This document shows, one piece after another, positions 10,648 to 23,416 of a stretch of DNA of 53,740 nucleotides. Origin of the DNA: Halocafeteria seosinensis (lineage: Eukaryota); NCBI GenBank assembly GCA_001687465.1, contig LVLI01000393.1, positions 1-53,740 on the forward strand. The letters run 5' to 3'. The notes beneath the pieces were generated by a model. The model made no database searches and was not told the origin of the DNA. It saw only the letters and a program-made list of their open reading frames with translations. Every line of letters starts with the position of its first letter. The first letter of the stretch is position 1. Both the position numbers and the translations under genes were made by a program.

Positions 10648-12235
10648 TCATTGGTTGTACATTTTCAATTTTTTGTCGGAACCACCTGACACTAATTTAC
10701 ATACTCCCTGAGCATCTTTGGCATCGGTAGCAACGTTCCAGTCAATGCACAGTCCCTTCCCTTCGTGTGCATCAATTTCGTAAATAGGTTTCACAGCTCG
10801 CGTGTCCCAGACGCAAATTCGGCCATTGTAATCCAGAGACGCAAAAGTATAATCAGTATCCCGAGACCAGGCTACAGAACTAACCCAGCTAGTGTGAGAG
10901 CTGCGTGTCTCATACGTGCTATCAGACTGTTCACTGCCAGAGCGCAGGTCCCATAAACGGATTGCTTTATCAGGATGGCCTGTCACGAGAGTGGTTCCAA
11001 AATTCGACGATGCTACACTAGTTATCACCTTATTGCAATGCAGAGTACGAATACATCGAGGGTTATCGGTCGTTTCCCACACCTTCAAGGAGTGATCCCA
11101 GCTAGCGCTAACTAATGCTCCCCCTTCTCCCCAACAGAAACCAGAGACACTGTTCTTATGTGCGTCTGAGATGACGTTGGTTGGTTCGATATCCGAATTG
11201 TGGCTCCTATTGGCGGAATCTTGTCCAAGACGCCGAGATTTGCGGCTCGAGGCGTCCCAATCTATTACCTCAGCGAGATTCCACAAATAAATCGCACCGT
11301 CCCAGGTGCCCGAGCATAGCCGTTCCCTGTCTTGAGTGACTAACACACTCGATACACTGCTATCGTGTTCTAGATTTAATTCACTGTTGGTCAAAGTTTC
11401 TTTCTCTATGTCGAAAATGCTTCGGTTGACTCTGCCGTTCTTTGAACCAGTAAAAACAATAAAACTACCTGCAGGAGAGCCAGGACAATTCGCTAGAGGG
11501 CATATCCATTCCATTCCTAATCCGATGTTACGGCTTACCTTCTTGGGCTACAGAGCACAAGCAAGTGATTGCCTCGTCATGCACTCTGAGGTTATGAAGC
11601 ATGCCCGCTTCCCTGTTCAGGGTCGTGCTATATACCCTCAGCGATCCGTCGTAACAACCGGCAAACGCATAGCTGCGAGGTAAGACGATCCATGGTCTGT
11701 GGGAGTTCAGCTTCAATAGACTGGATGCAAACACTTACTCGCCTACAGCAGAGACGCAGCTAACCCAGTCAGGAAGAGTTTCTTCTTTTTCTTCTCGAAT
11801 TTGTGTTTGTTCCGGGGTATAGTCTATTTGCAACACTTCCTCCTGAATATACCGACACCATACCATTCAGTCACAATAGGCTCCGCGGAGAGGCCAAAAC
11901 CCTTACCTTTGATATTCCATGCTTCTTACAAAATTCGTTTAATGATGACTGTAAAAAGTGGCCTCGGACAAAGAAACTGAACCTCTGGTGAGCGTTGGCT
12001 TCCAATAGGTGGTTGATCACATCGTTCAGTCCGGAGGGATTCAACGCCGTCGGAATCGAGAAAGGAGACTCCATCACGCGATATTCTGCGTGCTCTGTCC
12101 GAAAACGGACACGAATCTGCATTCGAAATTACACGTCTTGCTAGCAAAAATTGCATTGGCAACCATTTATCGCCTATCGCAGCCACAAACCTGGTCGTCC
12201 AAGGAGGTTTCCGTCTCATTGTTTTCTCCCGACAT
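10648..12235 (-). CDS. WDR12: Ribosome biogenesis protein WDR12/YTM1 (NLE domain plus WD40 repeats), multi-exon
   Basis: N-terminal NLE-like exon (IRVRFRT...FSIPT...LNDVINHLL...FSFFVRGHFL), PDWVSCV, and WD repeats (SASWDHSLKVW, HTSWVSSVAWS, SGGSDKKL). Confidence 0.9.
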
Positions 12236-12556
12236 TATAGCTGCTAGGGCACTCGCACCAGTCCAATGCCGCTCCAAGCAAGATGATTAAAAAGTTCGTC
12301 CAACGCATTCAACACTGTATTATGAAATGTGACTGTATAATACTCCTCTTATAAGCACGTTGAAGATTGGCGATACTGACACAAAGGGCTACTTCACAAA
12401 CTGTCTCCATGGCCGAGAGGCCGGAGTATCCTGTTGGCTTTGCTCGGTGTTTGTTGACGACATACGCTCGCGTTCTAATTGGAGGAGCACGAAGTGCTCC
12501 AGTCAAAAGGAAGAAAAGAAAGCAGTGTGTTCTACGACGGCGAACGTTGTTCGAAA

Positions 12557-14394
12557 ATGGCGTCGCTAGGTGAGTGGAATGTGTGGCATGTGCAGTTATC
12601 CGGATGTTCTGCAAGGACCATGTGTGAAACACTGCTTGCAGTTCCTCAAAGCCTCCGCGAGCATTATGAAAAACATGGACAAGGTCATGTGTTTCGTTTC
12701 ATAGACGAAGGCAAGGTAAGCACCTCAGAAACTGTTTTTGCGGGACGTCCCGGAAGAATGGAAGGACGATACGAATGCAGGTCCCTGATGGCAAGGCTGT
12801 GCTACAATTTGTAGAACAGCTTAAGGGTTTTGATGTAGAGTGGATTAACAAGCTTTTCCACGATACTGTAAAAGGACAAGGGTCTTCTCCAGGTAAGCCG
12901 GGGAAGAGCGGCGGGTCCGGTTTGGATACTACTCACAGTACAGCTGCAATGCACAGAGACGGCATCTTTCGAGCCCTTGGAAGAAATATTCAAGTTGTCT
13001 GACTGCGACCCAGATGAAAAAACAAAATATTATAAGTCTGGCCTCACCTCTATTGCAAACGGGGAAGTTGCCGCGATCACACTCTCTGGAGGTCAGGGTA
13101 CTCGTCTTGGATTTGATAAGCCCAAGGGAGAGTACAACATCGGGCTCCCGCTACAGAAGACGCTGTTTAAGATACAATGCCAAAAGATACTCAGATTGAA
13201 ACAAATAGTTGGTAAGTTGTAATTCTGGGGGTGCTTTGTAGTGTTATGTTAAACCGAAGCTCGCATTGCGCAGCCGATGAGCAACAAATACCGGCTGACC
13301 AGGTGCGGATGCCGTGGTACATCATGACTTCTCCTGCAACGGATCAAGACGTGAGAGACTTCTTTGAGGCCAACGATTACCTTGAATTTCCGCGAGAGGA
13401 CGTCTTCTTTTTCCAACAAGGCACTCTGCCATGCCTTGATACTGAAGGCAACTTTATTTTGGAGAACAGCAGCAAGGTTGCCGAGAGCCCCGACGGAAAT
13501 GGAGGAATTTACAGAGCTTTACATACCAGTGGAGCCATTAAAGATATGGAAAGGCGGGGAGTCAAGTTTATCAACGCGTTTGCGGTCGATAACCCCTTGA
13601 TTCGTCCTAACGATCCTATATTTGTTGGGCACACCAAAGAGACGAACGCGGAGATTGGTGCCAAAGTAGCTAAAAAGGAGGACCCAGAAGAAAAAGTGGG
13701 AGTGTTGTGCAAGAGTAACGGCAAGTACTCGGTCGTTGAGTATAGTGAAATGGATACTGCTACAAAAACTGCCAGAGACACCTCGGGAGATCTGCGTTTT
13801 AACGCAGGCAATTTGTGTATTCACCTGTATACATGGGACTTCTTGGCCACAAAATGCCACCCGGACAATTTGCCCACTATGTACCATGCAGCGAATAAAA
13901 AAATCCCCTATGCAGATCCGCGAACGGGGCATACAGTACCAAAAGATAAACTGACAAGTAATACGGGTATAAAGTTGGAGACGTTCATCTTTGATGTGTT
14001 CCCTGAAGCGAGCAATGTTGCCGCGATAGAAGTATCCAGGGAGCTGGAATTTGCTCCTATCAAAAATGCCCCAGGAACTAACTCCGACTCTCCGGATACA
14101 GCTCGCAAGCAGTATTCCGATATGTGCCGTAATTGGCTCAAAGCTGTTGGTGCTACTGTTTCGGGCCCCGATGATGCGGCTGTCGAGATTTCACCTCTTG
14201 TTTCATACTGGGGGGAAAATTTAGAGCAGTTGTCGGGATTGCGTCTTGAAGCTCCCCTGGCCATCATCTCTCGCAACGAAACCCTTCCTCGTGACTTTGA
14301 GCAAACAGAATCTGAATACCAGCCTGCGGATCCTGAGTCCTCCTCTAGCATTATGCATACCTTTGTGGACAATGTCAACATCTACCGCGTGTAG
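12557..14394 (+). CDS. UAP1: UDP-N-acetylglucosamine pyrophosphorylase, multi-exon
   Basis: LSGGQGTRLGFDKPKG, PWYIMTS, FFFQQGTLPC, SPDGNGGIY, EKVGV, VVEYSE, KLETFIFDVF, EFAPIKNA. First exon 12557-12569, intron 12570-12641. Confidence 0.95.
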
Positions 14395-14840
14395 GAACTA
14401 CTCCCATTGGTTGGTAGCTGATGGAGACAAAGAAACAATAAACTTTTGCTTGGAGTTCTTCTTGCTCCGAATTACATACAGGGGAAGAAACTTGGTATCT
14501 CTAATTTCAATTCTTGACTTCTTGTGTGACACATCCTTGAAGTTGGGTTCCAGACTTCTGGGAAGAAGTTCAGGTCAATCTAGTTTCTCTCTTTGCTTGG
14601 ATTGTGACCAGACTGCGTCTGACGAATGCCAGCTGCTCGTGCATAATTGGAGCTCTCATTCCAGACGACCGTCTTTCTCGTACTGACGTAGTGAATTTGC
14701 CCCAACTCACTCAGAAAGGAATCGTGTATGAGCGCCTGCCCCATTGGGAAGAAAGTTTACACCTTAACCGTGTCTGTATATACATAGTCACTCCACAGGA
14801 GTGTATATTGAATCAAGCACAAGTTAAGACACACTCCAAG

Positions 14841-17800
14841 ATGTCTCGCCGTGAAATCCCCATTGATGAATCGATAGAAAAAGTGAGAAAGGAATCCTGG
14901 GTTTACTGCTTTGAGCAGAGTATCCATTTCGACTTCGTTTGCCATGTTTGTGCTTTTTTGTATGCAGTGTCGCCACTTCGACAAGGATATCCGGATCATT
15001 GCTCTGTCGGACTTGTATAACACTCTAGAGAGCGGCAAGTCCTTGGACCCTCAGACTGCGCAGAGGTAAGATATGCATGGAAAGTTCTTACGGGCTTCTC
15101 ACCCAGTATGATTGCATGAATCGCTACGCAGAATATGTGACCTCATTTTGGACCGGCTTGAAAAAGATACATCCAATGACGTTCAAGCAGGGGCCGTGAA
15201 GTGGTACGTGTATCGCTCCTTCGTTGAGCTCCGCTGGATAGAGGCCAATGCCGATGTGGATCTTTCGAGGCGCAGCCTGTCGATTTTGATGCACAAGGCC
15301 CAAACACAGCAGGTTAAGAATATCTGCAATAGCTTAAGCAAGTATCTGAAAGACGATAAGAAAAAGGAACTTCATGATATTTACAGCATCGGCTTAAGGA
15401 CGACAATTGTGGAGGTGCCACAGAGTTCTGGTCGTTTCGTCGTTGAAGAGCTCCTGGAACCAGCATTGGCTGGTATTGAATCTGACGATGTAGAGCAACG
15501 AACTTCCTGGATGGAGTTGTTGAAAGAGCTCATAAATCGTTTCGGAGAAGACGTGGGGGATTCAATGGACCAAATTCTGGGTAACACCCTGTCCCGTCTA
15601 GATGATGAACATCTGCCTGTTCGCAAACGCGCGTCCGGCGCTCTTGGGGTGCTCAGCATTCATCTTAGTGATGAGCAATTCAACAAGTCCGTGAATCGAA
15701 TCCTTGAAGAGATTGAAACAGCTCGGAATGGGAAGAAAAGCCAAGATGGTAGGCTACAGACGTTTGTTCAGACCATTTCCACGATTGCGCGACATGCTGG
15801 TTTCAGATTAGCTCCGCTGCTCCCGCAAATCGTCCCCAAGCTACTTGCAGTCATTGGTAATCCTTTGGAAATGGACGAGGAACAAGTTGATCATGACTTA
15901 ATTGACAATTGCGTCCGGACATTGGAGGCTCTTGTTTTGAAGTGTGCGAATAGTATCGGGCCTCATCTTGAGAGTATCCTGGCAGAGTGCAAGTCTTTAG
16001 TTAGGTATGACCCTAACTTTGCATACTCGATGGATGACGAGGAGGAAGAGGAGTCCGATGAAGACGAAGATATGGACGGTGAACAATCCGACATTGAGGA
16101 GGAGCTCGTCGACGAGGACGATGATGATTCGAGCTGGAAGATACGGCGATCTGCAGTACAACTTATCGCAGTGTCAGTTTCTTGCCGACCGGATCTCCTT
16201 GACGGAATAGTAAGCTTCTGTCTAGATACCCTCATTAAGGGCGTATACGAACGGGAAGAAACTGTTCGCACCGAAATCTATTCGTGTTTGAAGGATATTT
16301 TTGAGCAATGTATTCGCATAGTAGGGAAAGATAAAGGCCATACCCCTGCGGTTGTTTTGGACAAGGCAGGATCCATTCCAGGGATTGACTCTGATGCCAC
16401 ACATGGGGCAGAATCAACAGATCATGTTAGTTTCCTGCAAGCGGAAAGTACTGGAACCATTGCCGCAGACGCAATATCTGTCGAAACCAAAGAAAAGATA
16501 TGCAGCGCTGTAGGAACTCAGTCTTCGGCTATCTTGGACAAGTTGGTCAAAGCCTTCCGGAAATTCAAAACTTCTCAAAAGTCTATGGAGGGCATACTCC
16601 AAACTCTCCGAAAACAAATCATTTTCAAAGGGTTGAGCGACACAAACAGTGTTAAGTCCATTCTTGACGTCTGTCACGTGGCTTGCCACCATTCTGCATC
16701 CCCGCTTGTGGTAAACGGGATATGCTTGCTGATTGCCCTGTTTGAACACTCCGACCAGGAGTGTGTACGAATCATTTTGAGTGGCACGTGCCGTCTCGCT
16801 GTAGAAAAGACAAACTCCGATTGGTACAAGGTTGTCTCTTATGCTTTCGCCCTGCTCAATAGAATTATTTTGACCAGTACAGAGTCTTCCGAAGTAGGAC
16901 TCGCAGCACAGAAAGTTGAGCAATTGCTGGAAGATAAGAGCAAGATACAAGACATTGATATATTGGTAAAGCAATCACTCACTAGCTGTGCGACGTTGCT
17001 CTGTTGGAAGTATGGGGAGCATTATCCAAAGTTAACAAACCGTGTGTTCGTTCACCTGACGACTGCCTTGAATAGCGAGGTCATGCGTCTTTCTGCCCTA
17101 AAATGCCTCAACCTCGTCTGTTGCGCCTCTTGGAACATTGATTTTGGAGACTACGTCGATGAGAATAACCAAGATGCTTTGTCTACCATCGTCAGTATTA
17201 CTTGCCAACTATTGAAACAGCGCTCCTGGCAGCTCCGAAAACAGAGTCTGAGTGTGCTAGAGAATGTCTTGACGCAGCACCATGGGAAGATTTCTTCGGA
17301 TCTACTAGGGACAATATGCGAAGACTCGGCCTACATGCTGGAGGAGCAGGACACAACACTGACCGGACATGCTCTAGACTTGTACACCAGCATGATGCAG
17401 TCTCACCCGGAAGGAAGCGCCAGCAAGTTTAGTTCAATTTTTGGGCTTGCCCTGTATATTCCAGAGCATTCGACAGTCCAAAACGTGACAATGAAGTCGC
17501 TTGTGGCGTTCTTTTCAACCTATGCGAATTTGTTTGTTCAGCAAGCAAATACTGAGTTGGATAAAGGATTGGAGCACATCTTCCAGAGAGTTCGAGACGA
17601 ATATATCCCACACTATAGGTGGCCGTTGGCTGCTCGATGCGTCGCGGCTATTATCTCTAAAAGTCAAGCGAAGGCTTCAGTAGCAGAGCAGTGCGTGACA
17701 CTAGTGACTAAGGGGGATGACTCTTCTTCAGCAGTATGCTTTAACATGCTTGTTTTAGGGGAACTTGCTCGAGATGTGGAAGAGCACGAGCTGGACACCA

Positions 17801-19029
17801 TAGCCCAACCAATCTGGAAACGGCTTGAGGACGAGGACAACAAAATACGAGAGTCAGCTGCCATGGCTCTGGGGGCTATATGTCACGTCTTTGAGTCTCA
17901 GCACAATAAAATGCTTACAAGCCTGGGTAATGCAAGCACGAAGACGCAATATTCGTATTTGCTGTGTCTGAAAGAGACTCTTAGTAGGTTTCTTCATGAT
18001 GAAACCGCAGTTCCGGCTTTTCTCGAGTCCCATGTGTCGGATCTTGCCAGGAAACTGAGAGAGTTGTGCACTAAGAGCAGCGAAGGACATCGTGCTGCAA
18101 TGACTGATTGTCTCGGCTATTTAACGTCCATATTCCCCTCCAAGGTGTTTGCAGAACTTGCCGATATGGTTAATAGTGGCTCAGCCGCCTTGCAAACAGT
18201 GGCACTAACTTCTCTTAAGAACAGTTTAAACTACCAGTCCATCACACAGTCCGACGCATCGGTTTTGCGCCCTTTCCTTTGGGCAATGACCGCTGAGAGC
18301 GGCTCTGTCCAACAAGCCGCCTTGGAGCTCCTGAATTCGCTACTGCACTTTGCCTTGGACAAGGTGAAACCATGGCTAGTGGGGGAGGCACATCAGTGTG
18401 GACAAAAGCGGAGCTCTCCCAATGAACAAAGCGGGATTCTCCCTCATGTGTACGATTCCTGTTACATTAAAGGTCACCTCATTAGGAAGGTGAATCTAGG
18501 CCCATTCACCCACAAGATCGATGACGGGTTAAACATTCGGAAAGCTGGTGCTGCTGTTCTTGTGACACTGGCCAAGAAAGTACCTCAGTACTTGGGAGAG
18601 GACGCGGTAAAATGCGTCGTGGAATTATTGAAGGATGAAGAGTCCGTTCGAGTATACGGCTACCATGCCCTGTCAAGTATGGCAACATGCGCGGCAATTC
18701 ACGGTAAGTACGAGGACTTAACGAAAGGATGCAAAAAAGATGACTGTGCTTTTTGATGAATTATCTCTGCAGGTGTGTTGTTGAGTCATTTACGACCAAT
18801 TGTGGAATCTCTCAACCAGAACTTTGAAGAGTATACAAAAAACAACAACCAATCTGATACACCGCGTGCAGCCATTCGCGCAGTGTATAACTTAAGTTGT
18901 TATTGTCCACAAGTCAACAACGATGTCGGCTTCAAGACTTTACTTTCTGATAGGCTGGAAAGAGTACCGGTATACAAAGAAATGTTCGATGCAATTCGGT
19001 CGGAATTCAGGGGACAGGAAGATCACTAA
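14841..19029 (+). CDS. CAND1: Cullin-associated NEDD8-dissociated protein 1 (HEAT repeats), multi-exon
   Basis: DKDIRIIALSDL, NDVQAGAVK, YDPNF plus acidic tract plus DDDDSSWKIRRSA, EREETVR, and C-terminal LIRKVNLGPFTHKIDDGLNIRKA. Confidence 0.95.
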
Positions 19030-19051
19030 GTTACTCCGTATGGTAATAGTT

Positions 19052-22000
19052 CTATAGAGGAGGAACGAAGAACTCTGTATTAAGATCTGTTTGATCTGTG
19101 TTTAAACGCTCCAACAGTGTCAGGTTCCGAATCCAGTCTACGCTTCCCGTAAAGCGATTTGAAGATAGGTTTAGCACTCGAAGTCTTGTTAGCTGCCCTA
19201 ACTGGGAAGGCAGGGTTCCATGTAGTAGATTGTTGCTCAGGTCGAGCAATTTCAACTTTCTTAGACTCACACCGATGGAGGATGGAATCGTTCCAGCCAA
19301 CCCATTCTGGGCTAAGTCAATACCGACAATATTTCCGAAAACGTCGCATGTAACTCCGAACCACTGATCCACGCATGGGTCAGTGAGATCTATTTGATTC
19401 CACTTGACTCGCCATCTTGTTCCGGCTGTGGCTTCGTACAAATCTATCAGCGCCCGTACTTGCGTTGAATTGGCACTACCACCTCTCGATGGCTTCTTGA
19501 AAAATAGATGATGGACTGTTTTAGTACAATTCCCGAATAACTCACAGTGCCTGCTGTAGTTGGAGACAGCACTCAAGTTCATTTTGAAAGTCGGAGCAGA
19601 GACGTTCTCAAAAACCAGCTTTCCGTGAACTCTGCCTTCTGGTAACTGACTCTCGCATTTCCTATCCTTCGCTCCACTGCATGCTCGCAACTCGCGTTCA
19701 CTGTTTCCGCAAACTGTTGGGCACCGATTTATTACAACCAGGCCCGTCTTAATCCCCCGAACTTCCACACTAGGGGCTCCGACTGCAATAATGTTGTTTC
19801 CCAAAACGAGCGACGTACCATCTTCATCATCTGCTTCAGCGTCGACCCGCCGCAACTGGCCAGAATATTCCCAGTCGTCTCTTAGTTTACGCTGCTTGAA
19901 TTCGTGAACGTTGAATGAACCATATTGGGAACCTGAATTCGTTTCTTGGTTTACCAAAATTGTTTCATCGAATAACCGCACTAGGTTTCCTGTATTGTCT
20001 CCTGGCGTAGAGAACGGCAGCTCTAGTCTATTGAAACGTGTTGTCTTAATGGCTGGGACATCAAGGTCTAATAGGTACCAAGCTCCGTGACCATTAGTGT
20101 CGGGTGACCCCACTAGTAATGTCGAGTCGTCCAAAGCCGTTGAAAATCCAAATTTAGAAGGAATCTGAAAGCTTTCGGGTTGAATGTACGGGAAAAATGT
20201 AGATTTCCATCTGCCGCCGACAAGCTTGTATGAGAAAACTGCTCCACGATTGTCCCATAATGGGGCAGATATTGTGAGCCACTTTTGGCTAACGGCTACA
20301 CTGTGTCCAAAGCTTGAGAGTCCAGATGATGACTGATTGCCTTCTGTGTGCGGGCTGAACGTCTCTACAAGCTCCCATGTGTTTCGCTTGTTATTATACC
20401 GGAAGATTGTTGCTGAACCTTCTTGCTCGACTTGACTGGAAGGCAGACCGACGACCAACCATTCCCTAAACAATGCCATGGAAGATGCATTAAATGTTAA
20501 ACTACTCTCTTCCAAACCAGAAATAGTCTGTACAATCTGCCATGAATGACGTACACTTTTCTTTTGGTACATATAAATATTAGACGAACTATTTGTGTCA
20601 CACTTCACTGCCAAATGCTTCCCGCTCAACACCACGGCAGATCCAAAATCACAGGCACATGCTAATGGTTCTGGAGCATCGATTCGTTGGACTTGTTCCC
20701 ATCCTCTCGGATCAACATATCTTGGAACCTTGCTGAAGATAAAGACCGACCCGGTATCATTCTCGTATCTGCAACTTGCTCCCACGACGAGTTGCGAGGA
20801 AGTTAAGTCCTCTGGATCGACAGCAAGGGATTCGCCGAAGCGTTGTGCCGAAGATATGCTATTTGGGAATAATTCAACACCGCAAGTCTCAGAAGAAAAT
20901 GATACTTCAGTTGGGGAGTGGTTGCATCTGGGAGTGCTTTTTAGTTCCGCGGTAATCGAATGAAATTCCTTTCCTGACAATCCCTCGTCCGCGATGTACC
21001 ATAAGCGATCTAAATGGATCACCATTGGAGCAGCAAAAGGTAGCCTATCATGAAAACTTTCGAAATCGGCCACAACAAGTTCCAGAACCGTTTTCCCATC
21101 GAATCTCCATAGTCCACTTCCACTGATCCCTTCTGCAATGAACCAAAGATTATTGCGATATACGCGCAATGACGACGGGTCAATGAAAGCCGACTGCTTA
21201 AATTCTAGTACTTGTGGAACCAACGTTGATACAGCGCCCAATATGTCTTCGAGGTATAAGTACTGCAGATTTGCCTCCGTGCAAGCGCTTCGAAAAAATA
21301 ACTTGTCCTGGAACCTGGTAAAGAGAGATAGGCTGCATTGCGGCTCAGTAATACACATAAGATCCGCATCCGATGGAACAAAACGGCAAAGTTTCTCTTG
21401 ATTTGACCCCACCGGCAACGTAAAGAAGAGCTTTCCCTCGTAAACGAACCACAGTATCCCTGCATGTTCCGTAGCAGGAAACTCGGTGCCAGGAATAGCG
21501 GATATCTGAAACGTTTCGGTGTTCAACTGATAGACCATACGCTCTGTGCTGTTTGTTTCATGCATTGCGGTGAAAACTACGCTTTCCGCAGGTGAATGCG
21601 TAAAACAAAAAAGGGAGGTAGGATCCTGAAGAACGGCCCCTTCTACGGGTATTTTTCTGTCAATATCTTCGACAAATTTGGGTGTTCCAAGGATGCCAGT
21701 TAACTTCCATGGTCGGAATGCCACAAGCTCTGTACGGCTCTTGTTGGAAGCAATATTCTCTCCTGTAGCACTCCAATACAATGCATCTCCGCATTCTATG
21801 AGATATTCAGGATTTGATCCAGTCCTCCCACTATAGAAATCTACAACAAGCTCTGGATCGTGTGGTACCTGAGCTGCGTTATCTATGTACTTCCATCTCC
21901 ATAACTCCCGCCCGTGAATGGAGTCATCTGCTGAGAAGTATATCCAATCCCGTACGATTTTCAGATCTTTCACTGCACTGCCTTTTCCCGCCACCTTTGA

Positions 22001-22881
22001 CAGCTCCGTTATTCTCGTCCTCTCCCCCTCTGCATCAAATTGCCACAGCTCTTTATCCAAGTCCCCTTCAAATTGAGAGGTGAAGAAGAAGTGCCTGCCA
22101 AATGTCATAAGTTCATCCACACTTGTTGAGTTAGCGCCAGGAGTCAAGTCGTTGTCACGCAGGAAGAAACTTCCAGGTGAGCCAATATCTTCTCCTTCCA
22201 CCGATGCACGAGCTAAGGCAACGCCAATGTTTGAGAAGCCTACAGGAGCACTGCGACGATCCCATTGATAGGATATCCCTGGAATGAGGTCCTCAGTTAG
22301 TTCTAGTGAGTGTATGGGTTCTCCTAAACTGTTTTCCACTGAGATGGAAGCTCCTGCCTTCCTTGGAAGAAGTGGTGTCATGTCTGAAGAAAACGGACGT
22401 AGTCCGTGGACGGGAATCTCCTTGGTCATTCCCCACGCAGCCCTCCACGTATCAACAAATTCAGACCAGCCATTATCCATAAATGTACCTGTAAGTACCA
22501 CCGACTCAGATGGACGAATGATAGCGACCCCTGTGTACAGAAGAAGCATAATTTGGGCAGTTTGGATGTTGCTTAATGGAGTATTCTCACGCACCTGAAA
22601 TGACGAACTGAGTATTTGTTTCACCATTTGTTGCCACTCTTGCGCCTGAGATGTTGTGAGTGGCCAAGCCAAAGTTCGTTATCTCGAGCCAATCTACCCT
22701 CCGAAATGACTTCAGAGAAGAGCCCACCAGTACCTCTGTAATTCTGATATCTGCATCGCGGCAAGGACAGTCAGGCAACGGCGGACGACAAACGGTAGTC
22801 TCAAATAAATAACTCACCTGATGCCTTTATATTCGGAACGGTTTGACATACGAAAAAGAGAGAGATCAACAGAAGCCTCAT
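19052..22881 (-). CDS. Secreted mosaic protein: signal peptide, lamin-tail-like domain, ELWxxDGT-like propeller, FG-GAP repeats, Cys-rich linker, LRRNT plus LRRs
   Basis: Exon 1 MRLLLISLFFVCQTVPNIKAS, intron 22751-22817, then IRITEV...DWLEITN. Further motifs IYFSADDSIHGRELWR, FGESLAV/FGSAVVL/FGHSVAV/FGFSTAL, ALIDLYEAT...W...DPC..WFGVTC, LDLSNNLLHGTLPSQLGQL. Confidence 0.8.
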
Positions 22882-23416
22882 CTTGTTGTTTCTCATCGCT
22901 GTAGTTATGTGTGGATCTCAACGCATAGGGAGCAGCGATTTTGTGCTCCCGGTTTATGAGACTAGCAAACGATCCATTGAGTACTGTAGAACCTTACATC
23001 TATCATTTGGTTCGCACCAATTCAAGCAATACTGGCCACATCTGAGGACAGCATTTCCATGATCTCTCACGTTCATCTACAAGTGCGCTACTCCTCCCTT
23101 CGTACAGGTTTCCTTCTCTATCGTATAGGTTACTATCAAAGAAAGCATCCAAGCTTCCTTTAAGACAATGCTGGACTGGCATCCATTTTTGATTTCAAAG
23201 TCTGGAGGTAAGCGTTTTAGCGATGTAGCCGTGAGCTGCTAAGAGTCGGTTGTACCAGACTGCAACTTGGGACTGTAACTCGTACGGCACCTGAAATGAA
23301 TGCATTATGGGTGTTTATTTCTAGGACACGGGTTGTGAGATATGGATGTTTGATACCCCTTTGTACTTTATTGTGGTATTTTTCACGGTTTCTACCACTC
23401 TGGCAAAATTAGAAGT

